A stretch of 64,000 nucleotides of DNA from Sulfolobales archaeon (GTDB lineage Archaea > Thermoproteota > Thermoprotei_A > Sulfolobales > NBVN01): assembly GCA_038832865.1 (NCBI GenBank), contig JAWBJE010000004.1, positions 14,217 through 78,216 of the forward strand. The letters run 5' to 3'. The notes below the pieces were generated by a model, which saw only the letters and a program-made list of their open reading frames with translations, did not search any database and was not told the DNA's origin. Every line of letters starts with the position of its first letter. The first letter of the stretch is position 1. The translations under genes and the position numbers were made by a program. Positions 55,082 to 61,351 of this stretch are shown in pieces.

Positions 55082-55868
55082 GAGCTTCCTCTACTTCACT
55101 CTCCCTTAGGGAGAGCACTAGGAACGCTAGCGAAAGTCCGGCAGCAACAGCTAGTGCTTCAAATAGGTTAAAGAAGAGTAAAGTACCACCAGTTGGGCGA
55201 TCGAGTAGCCAGGAAGGCATCGATAGAGGTGAACCCTCTCTAGCCATGTTTTGGAATATGTAGGCGTGAGTCCCTAGTATGATGCCTAGTACTACTAGAG
55301 CTACTGAAGTAGAAAGTACACCAACTAACCCGATAGACCTGAGCATGAGGAGTTTACTACTCGTAAGACCGCTCCCTATGACGAAGTCTAGGGAGAAGAC
55401 CACAGACATTAGTACTAGCAGTACAGCTATGAAGGACCCTCCCTGAAACCCACCTCCCGGTGTGAGATGACCGTGGATGGCTATAGAGATTCCAGCTATG
55501 AGTATGAGGGGTGTGAGAACTCTCGTGGAGGTCCTGACTATCTCGGACAAACCCCTCCCACCTAAGCCTAGCTTTTCTCGGTATCCTCTAAACACGAGAG
55601 CGACACCTACGATTGACACGAATAGCACGGATGTCTCGAAGAACGTATCGAGACCTCTATAGTCCCAGACTATTGCTGTAACGGCCTCTAAAGATAGAGC
55701 ACTCTTAGTGATGTTCCAAGGATTGTACGTGTTGATTAGGTAGGATACCGCTAAGTCCCTAAGCCTACTTGGAGCGATGGGACCTAATCCCCCGGCCCCT
55801 ATGGTGTAAGCTAAAAGAGCGATCATTAAGGCTATAGAGACAGCTATTACTGCTTCCCGCAGGTTCAA
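55056..55868 (-). CDS. MrpB/MnhB-like subunit (MbhE/F-like)
   Basis: MnhB signature GHLTPGGGFQGG. Polytopic. Confidence 0.8.
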   Translation of the reverse strand: MNLREAVIAVSIALMIALLAYTIGAGGLGPIAPSRLRDLAVSYLINTYNPWNITKSALSLEAVTAIVWDYRGLDTFFETSVLFVSIVGVALVFRGYREKLGLGGRGLSEIVRTSTRVLTPLILIAGISIAIHGHLTPGGGFQGGSFIAVLLVLMSVVFSLDFVIGSGLTSSKLLMLRSIGLVGVLSTSVALVVLGIILGTHAYIFQNMAREGSPLSMPSWLLDRPTGGTLLFFNLFEALAVAAGLSLAFLVLSLRESEVEEALGESEWYE

Positions 55869-56116
55869 CTCTCATACCTCTCGGTCTTCTTTATTAAGAG
55901 GACTGTGACTGCTGGCAGTATTCCCACGGAGACAGGGATATACACTAACACTATGTCTGGAGCCATTAGGACGTAGTAGATTAGTGCGTACGCAGTACTC
56001 TGGACAGCTGAAAAAACTACTGCGGCAAGCATGTCTCTAGATCTAACAGCTAGGTATGTCGCTATCACCGATAAGAGAGCGGCTACCGCAGCAATCGATA
56101 TCGGTACAACTTCCAC
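55865..56116 (-). CDS. small MbhD-like membrane subunit (MnhB N-terminal-domain-like)
   Basis: 83 aa, three TM helices, LMAPDIVLVY-type motif. Position is as in mbh operons. Confidence 0.6.
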   Translation of the reverse strand: MEVVPISIAAVAALLSVIATYLAVRSRDMLAAVVFSAVQSTAYALIYYVLMAPDIVLVYIPVSVGILPAVTVLLIKKTERYES

Positions 56117-56490
56117 TACTCACCACCCCTATCTTTGAGGGCGTCGTGTAGTATGGGCTCCCTCGGTGCCTCACCGGAGATGTAGGCTGCTCTCGCGATA
56201 GCGTGCGACCCAGCTTGAGCTAAGACCATCAGTAGTATGCTACTCGCAAAGGCTGCTCCCGCAAGGAAGAACCTGGGAGGACCCAGGTAGTCCGCACCGA
56301 GAGCTACGAGAGCGGACCCTATCATAGGGACTACAGCACCTCCTATAGCACCAGCAGTAGCTGCGTGAAGCCTCGTGTAAAAGTTTGGCAACCTAAGTAG
56401 ACCTATAGCACCCACGAAGTCGTAAAAGACTCCGATCGAGATGAGGGTTAACCCTGCAACCACTAAGACCAGGTCTATCACTTCACTCAC
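56116..56490 (-). CDS. MrpG/MnhG-like subunit (MbhC-like)
   Basis: LLRLPNFYTRLHAATAG is the MnhG signature region. Confidence 0.8.
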   Translation of the reverse strand: MSEVIDLVLVVAGLTLISIGVFYDFVGAIGLLRLPNFYTRLHAATAGAIGGAVVPMIGSALVALGADYLGPPRFFLAGAAFASSILLMVLAQAGSHAIARAAYISGEAPREPILHDALKDRGGE

Positions 56491-56767
56491 CCATTTCTTT
56501 AGCTTCTAGGTACTTCGCTACGTAGATATCGAATGCGTAAACCCATAGAGCTAGGGCTAGACCCGACACGACCATGAGAGGGGATTTAAGGAGGATGGAT
56601 AGAACGACCATAAACGCCGCCAGGTCGTACCCTAGGGAGTCTACAGCCAGCACTCTATCCGGGATAGTAGGTCCTTTAATAACGCGAACCACGTAGAGCA
56701 AGAACGACACAACGTATATCGGGATGAGTACTGTCAGTACTGAAGTGACCAAGGCCTCTACGACCAT
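56483..56767 (-). CDS. MrpF/MnhF-like subunit (MbhB-like)
   Basis: IKGPTIPDRVLAVDSLG is the MnhF signature region. This is the first gene of the cluster. Confidence 0.8.
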   Translation of the reverse strand: MVVEALVTSVLTVLIPIYVVSFLLYVVRVIKGPTIPDRVLAVDSLGYDLAAFMVVLSILLKSPLMVVSGLALALWVYAFDIYVAKYLEAKEMGE

Positions 56768-56802
56768 ACGTGGACTACCGCAATCAAGCTACAGCCTAAA
56801 GC

Positions 56803-56813
56803 ATATAAGCTTT
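56803..56813 (-). promoter_or_regulatory. BRE/TATA promoter element (minus-strand AAAGCTTATAT) for the mrp-hydrogenase cluster
   Basis: 36-46 nt upstream of the MrpF-like ATG (56767). Embedded in the inverted repeat CTAAAGC-ATATAA-GCTTTAG (56796-56815). Confidence 0.5.
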
Positions 56814-57108
56814 AGAGCTCCAGCAACGAGGTAGTTACGAACGGTCGTTGAGCAGGTGGTTAGACCGCTGAATACGGCCGACATCACCCTAAAGTCGTTC
56901 GATTTACAGAGCACAACTTCGTACTCGTGCTATGACGCGAGTCATGCTAAGTAAACTACGTATTTATGCTTTACACTTACGCTTTTAGGGGAACAAATCG
57001 GCTAGAACCGTTGAAGTCTATACCTTCGGGTACGTAGAAAAGGATGCTCTAGACTCGGTACTAGAGTCCATACCGAAGGTTCTGGGCTTCAGCTCTCGCT
57101 ACGCTGGG

Positions 57109-57540
57109 ATGATCACCCTACCTGAAGAGGTCTTTGATAGAGCCCGAGGCCAGTATATGGCTGAAGCTGCTACGAGGCTAGTAGCGTACCGAAAGAGCCC
57201 GCAGTCTATAGGCCTTCTACTAGCCGACGCCGACGCCTACATAGTTGGACTCAACTTCGTATTCGGTCTAGCCATCCCGGAACTAGAGGTTGCGTCTGTC
57301 TTCCTCAGGAGGCTGAGGGTGTGGACAGATAGGAGAAACTACGTTGCGAGGGTCGTTAAGGAGGTGCTCCACGAACTCGGTCACGTTCTGGGGTTGAAGC
57401 ATTGCAAGAACAGAGAGTGCGTAATGAGCTTCAGTAACAACGTGTTTGACGTGGACAGAAAGCTCGGGATGTTCTGCCGCAACTGCGCCCATACTCTGAG
57501 CAAATCGGGTATAGAGCTTCCAAAAGAGTACATTATCTAG
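57109..57540 (+). CDS. amzA: archaemetzincin (peptidase M54)
   Basis: HELGHVLGLKHCKNRECVMSF...CRNC zinc-binding signature. The frame is open upstream to 56989 and encodes a family-like N-terminus (RTVEVYTFGYVEKDALDSVLESIPKVLGF) with no ATG/GTG/TTG. Confidence 0.85.
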   Translation: MITLPEEVFDRARGQYMAEAATRLVAYRKSPQSIGLLLADADAYIVGLNFVFGLAIPELEVASVFLRRLRVWTDRRNYVARVVKEVLHELGHVLGLKHCKNRECVMSFSNNVFDVDRKLGMFCRNCAHTLSKSGIELPKEYII

Positions 57541-58039
57541 GCAATTCCTCTAACTCCAGGGTAGAGCCGCAGCGTGGACAGCTCCCGGGAGTAACCCCAA
57601 TGTGACCACAGCTTCTGCACCTATACGAGTACCTACTCGGTCTTCTCTTCTCTGCGTACTTTATCCCGCGGACTTGGATCCCGAGGGATAGAGCCACGTC
57701 TTGAACAAGCCTGTCGTCTGTGTAAAGGATGGCGTTACCGCACTTCTTCTTGACGTACTCTGCCAGCGCTAAAACTTCGATATCCGTGCGAGAAAGCTCA
57801 TCGAGCAGGCCTAGCTCCCTAGCCTTAGACTTTACAGACGCCACGTGTTCGCCCGGTGGAGAGAGCACTACTAGCTTACCCGACGCTTGAGCGAACTCTA
57901 GCCGCATCCTGCTAACACTATCTAAAACCTCTCTTAAGACTCCCTCGGTTGTATAAAAGAGTCCGTAGCTCAACTCGACCCCAGCAAACATCGCAGCCGA
58001 GTCTAGTACTATAGTGCTTCTCCCGCAGTCTACAGGCAT
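57533..58039 (-). CDS. nob1: Nob1-like endoribonuclease (PIN domain + C-terminal zinc ribbon)
   Basis: PIN acidic residues (VLDSAAM..., YTDDRLVQDVA) and CRSCGH...CPRCGS. Confidence 0.78.
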   Translation of the reverse strand: MPVDCGRSTIVLDSAAMFAGVELSYGLFYTTEGVLREVLDSVSRMRLEFAQASGKLVVLSPPGEHVASVKSKARELGLLDELSRTDIEVLALAEYVKKKCGNAILYTDDRLVQDVALSLGIQVRGIKYAEKRRPSRYSYRCRSCGHIGVTPGSCPRCGSTLELEELPR

Positions 58040-58788
58040 CTCTCGAATACCTTCGAGAAGTAATCTTCGGTGAAGAACCTGATGACTTTAGCGGGCTTAG
58101 GTGCCTTCGACACCAGTATCGTGTCGCCAGGCTCGAGTCTCGAGATCAGTACCCCGTCTACGAATAGCTCGACTGGGTGTGAATCGCCTTCAACCTCAAC
58201 AGACACCTTAACGTGGTCAGGTAGAACTACCGGTCTAGAGCATAATGAGATTGGTGCTAAGGGTGTGATCACTATGGCCCTCATGAGGGGATCCACGATC
58301 GGCCCCCCGGCGGCTAAGCTATAGGCAGTCGAGCCTACGGGTGTAGACGTTATCACCCCATCACCTACCACCGTGAGTACTCTCTCTGGTACACCTCCCT
58401 GGGAGTACTTCATGACCCTAAGCCTACAAACCTTACCCCTAGAATCCGAAGATGTAGTTACCACTGCGTCATTAAGTGCGTAGGGTATGTTGTCTACTCT
58501 CTCTGTCTGCACTGCCAACCTCATGTACTCGTGTAGCGAGTACACACCGCTGAGCAGCCTGTCGATCGCTAGTGCGAAATCGTGGGGTGGAACGTCGGCA
58601 AGAAACCCCCTCTTCCCGTGCCTGATAGTTAAAATGGGTATCTCTAGGTCTCCGAGTAGGTGCATAGTCCTTAAGATAGTGCCGTCTCCGCCGACGACAG
58701 CGATTACGTCTACTTCATCCACCCCGAGACTGAAGTACCTTAGCCAGTCGATGAGGCCCCTGGTACGGGAGTCCATGTACACCTTCAA
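58030..58788 (-). CDS. nadK: NAD kinase
   Basis: VVGGDGTILR, ALNDAVV, GVITSTPVGSTAYSLAAGGPIV. The frame is open upstream to 58944 and encodes a family-like N-terminus with no canonical start. Confidence 0.88.
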   Translation of the reverse strand: MKVYMDSRTRGLIDWLRYFSLGVDEVDVIAVVGGDGTILRTMHLLGDLEIPILTIRHGKRGFLADVPPHDFALAIDRLLSGVYSLHEYMRLAVQTERVDNIPYALNDAVVTTSSDSRGKVCRLRVMKYSQGGVPERVLTVVGDGVITSTPVGSTAYSLAAGGPIVDPLMRAIVITPLAPISLCSRPVVLPDHVKVSVEVEGDSHPVELFVDGVLISRLEPGDTILVSKAPKPAKVIRFFTEDYFSKVFERCL

Positions 58789-58888
58789 ACCCTTGTGTTC
58801 AGCGTACTCGGCTATTCTAGAGGCTAGTCTGAGAGCCTCGGCACTATTGAGCTTCGGGACTATCCCTAAGGACCTGAGCCGGCTAGCA

Positions 58889-59104
58889 CTAGGCAGAGTT
58901 GACAGAGTTCCAGCCCCGTAGCACCTCCGAGATTGAGGTCTCAGCTAAGTACCCCGATACCTTAACGTTGAAACGCCGTTCGCACAACAGCTCTTGTACC
59001 CTCTCGGCTCTTCTATTCCCCCTAGGCGACATAGTGAGGGCGAAACCATCAACGACGCCCTTCGAAGACGTCGAGACTTTTAACCACTCACCAGCTCCTA
59101 CCAC
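58889..59104 (-). CDS. hypothetical small ORF upstream of nadK (doubtful)
   Basis: 71 aa. Unrecognised, and may be non-coding. Confidence 0.2.
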   Translation of the reverse strand: MVGAGEWLKVSTSSKGVVDGFALTMSPRGNRRAERVQELLCERRFNVKVSGYLAETSISEVLRGWNSVNSA

Positions 59105-59319
59105 CGCTCCGTCATCAATAAGTCGAGTGCGATATGACCTTATAAACGTTACCGCTACGTGCTGAGGCTGAAGTAGAATAGTCCAACGCGTCGAGCCTCA
59201 TTAGCGAGCAGTGGAGAGGTCTGAGGTGCCACACCCCGAGAGCGCGGCGAAAAATTTTGGGTCCTAGTTGTGTTGGCGGAAATAAGTCTCAGTAGAACCT
59301 ATTGTGCGGTAGCTAGCCG

Positions 59320-60366
59320 TTGACGCAGGAGACAGGCAGGTTAGCTGAGTGTGTAGAAGTCGAGAGCGTGAGCGCTGATATAGCTATTCCACTGTTGCGG
59401 AACTACGGTCTCCTCTTACCTACCTACTCAGTGAAGAGCGACCGCTTGCGTAAAGTTGTAAGAGTCCCGGTGGTGGAAGGCTCTACTTCGCAGGCCGTCG
59501 AGATCCTACGAAAGCTCGGTATTTCCTCAGCACCTTGCGTCGACTTTTTTAAAGCTCGCTCCAGGGGGGTACGCTTTATCGACCTGCTCCGTGGCGTCCT
59601 CCCCGAGGACGTCTTACGCAGAATCCCCAGGTCCTACCAGTTGGTAGGCAGTATAGCCATTATACACCTTCCGGAAGACCTCCTAAGCTACGGTCCTTTA
59701 GTTGGTGAAGCGATAGCTAAAGTGTCGTCAGGTGTGAGAACCGTTTATACTTCGACAGCAACCGAAGGTGAGTTCAGGGTCAGGAGGTTGATCAAGATAT
59801 GGGGCGAGGACGTCCCGGAGACCGTACACACCGAGTACGGGGTCAAGATGTGTGTGGACGTAAAGAGGGTATACTTCAATCCATCACTATCCTACGAGCA
59901 CTGGAGAGTCTCCGAGGAGGTCAAAGATGGTGAGAGAGTGCTAGACCTGTTTTCCGGCATCGGACCTTACTCCCTTCACATAGCGTCGAAAAGAAGCGCT
60001 ACGTGCTTTGCTGTAGACTCTAACCCGTGGGCGATAGTCTACTTGGCTAAGTCCATAAGCTTAAACAAGCTAAAGGGTAGAGTAGTACCCGTGTTATCTA
60101 GGGTTGAGGAGTTTCTAGAGCTAGTAAGCGAAAGAACCTTTAGTAGGGTAATAGTAGACCTACCGCATAGGTCTCTTGAGTACTTAAGCGACGTGCTGAA
60201 CGTTCTCTCGTGCGGTGGTGTAGGACACGTGTACGCCGTGGGTGGGGAGGAACCCCCAAAACTAGAGCCTCTTAAAAACGCTTATCTCGCCGAGGTCAGA
60301 AGAGTCCTAGAGTACGCACCCAGAAAGTACATCTACGGATTGAAGATAGTTAAAACGTGCAGTTAG
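59320..60366 (+). CDS. Trm5/Taw2-type (Met-10+ family) tRNA methyltransferase
   Basis: YQLVGSIAIIHL, VYFNPSLSYEHWRV, VLDLFSGIGPYSLHIA (SAM motif I), VIVDLPH. Confidence 0.8.
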   Translation: MTQETGRLAECVEVESVSADIAIPLLRNYGLLLPTYSVKSDRLRKVVRVPVVEGSTSQAVEILRKLGISSAPCVDFFKARSRGVRFIDLLRGVLPEDVLRRIPRSYQLVGSIAIIHLPEDLLSYGPLVGEAIAKVSSGVRTVYTSTATEGEFRVRRLIKIWGEDVPETVHTEYGVKMCVDVKRVYFNPSLSYEHWRVSEEVKDGERVLDLFSGIGPYSLHIASKRSATCFAVDSNPWAIVYLAKSISLNKLKGRVVPVLSRVEEFLELVSERTFSRVIVDLPHRSLEYLSDVLNVLSCGGVGHVYAVGGEEPPKLEPLKNAYLAEVRRVLEYAPRKYIYGLKIVKTCS

Positions 60367-60585
60367 CGCCAGACAAGCCTATGCTGTTCCCCACTCCAAC
60401 GTTTTCCGTGCGCTCCCCGAGGTAGCATACCACCGCCTCCTCAAGCCCCCGCAGACCGCGTAGGTCTCGGGGTCTCCGGCTGCGGTCCGCGGGCGCGAGT
60501 GCCGCTCGGTCGCCCAGGGGCTCGGCGCCACGGGGGGCTACTGGAAGCCGAAGAAGGGGGCGGCCATCAAACCCCAAGCCCTATA
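60366..60585. ncRNA. ~220-nt, ~70% GC block: candidate stable structured RNA (SRP RNA / RNase P RNA / other; strand unresolved)
   Basis: GC content is far above the ~50% window average. Many mutually compatible helices, for example AGCCCCC/GGGGGCT, GACCGC/GCGGTC and CCGCC/GGCGG. The only ORF (60350..60577, minus) is Arg/Gly/Pro-rich junk. Confidence 0.4.
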
Positions 60586-60714
60586 AAGCAGCAGAGTTAA
60601 GAAGGACTACTTAATCCGGGCTAAACCTAAATGCTGGCCGTGAAAGTGTTGTGACCGACTGTCATGCTTACTTAAATCCACGTGCGGGGGCTTGAACTAA
60701 AAAGCCGTCGAGTT

Positions 60715-61176
60715 TTATGAAGTGAGGTATTCAAGTATCTTCTTAAACTTCCTCAGTTCCTCTATTTCCTCCTTTAGGTACTCGAGTCCGTACTCACTGA
60801 TGCTGTAGAGCTTTCTTGCGGCTCCCCTCTCACTCGTCTCCCACTTGGATAACACCATACCTTTCTCCTCGAGAATCGAGAGTATGGTGTACACGGCTGA
60901 ACTGGGAACATCGATACCTAGCTTACTCTTAAGGGTTTCTCTTATTTCACTACCGTGAAGAGGTTTCTCCTCTAGTAGCTTCAAGACTAGTAGGTGTAGT
61001 GGTCCTCGAACGGGGAAGTGCTTGTGGTGCCTATGGTGTTTGTGGTGCCAGTGGTGGTGGCAACCGTGGTGTCCTTTGTGGTGCTCGAAGAACTCCTCTT
61101 GCTCTTCCCCAAGTTCCTCTGGTTTCTCCTCTTCGTGATGTTCTTCGTGGTGCTCGAAGTGTTCTTTTTCGTGCAT
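60715..61176 (-). CDS. PadR-family transcriptional regulator with extremely His/Glu-rich N-terminal tail
   Basis: wHTH core LLVLKLLEEKPLHGSEIRETL...AVYTILSILEEKGMVLSKWE...RKLYSISEYG. The first ~57 aa contain roughly 20 His (HHKGHHGCHHHWHHKHHRHHKH). Confidence 0.85.
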   Translation of the reverse strand: MHEKEHFEHHEEHHEEEKPEELGEEQEEFFEHHKGHHGCHHHWHHKHHRHHKHFPVRGPLHLLVLKLLEEKPLHGSEIRETLKSKLGIDVPSSAVYTILSILEEKGMVLSKWETSERGAARKLYSISEYGLEYLKEEIEELRKFKKILEYLTS

Positions 61177-61351
61177 GGTTACACCAAATATAGTAAGTTA
61201 CTGGAGTTAATAAATTTTTTGACACAGTAAGTTACTTATCACCATGGTGATTACGAAGTCGGTTTCCTCTTCTACTGCTCTGCTTTAGTGAATGCTTAAA
61301 GAAGGTAGCGGGCTTTTATTTAACGGAGTTAATAGTTCATAGTGATTACAG

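Noticed and set aside
60366-60400. An RNase P CR-V-like string (ACAGCAUAGGCUUGUC, minus strand).
   Set aside because: I found no complementary P4 5' strand or GAAAGUCC-type CR-I within several hundred nt. I could not call RNase P RNA and kept it only as an unassigned GC-rich RNA candidate.
60999-61230. Three extra ORFs (60999..61193 +, 61018..61230 +, 61031..61225 -) over the PadR 5' end.
   Set aside because: These are artefacts of the low-complexity CAC/GAA-rich DNA that encodes the His/Glu tail. The PadR frame is the one continuous with a real wHTH domain.
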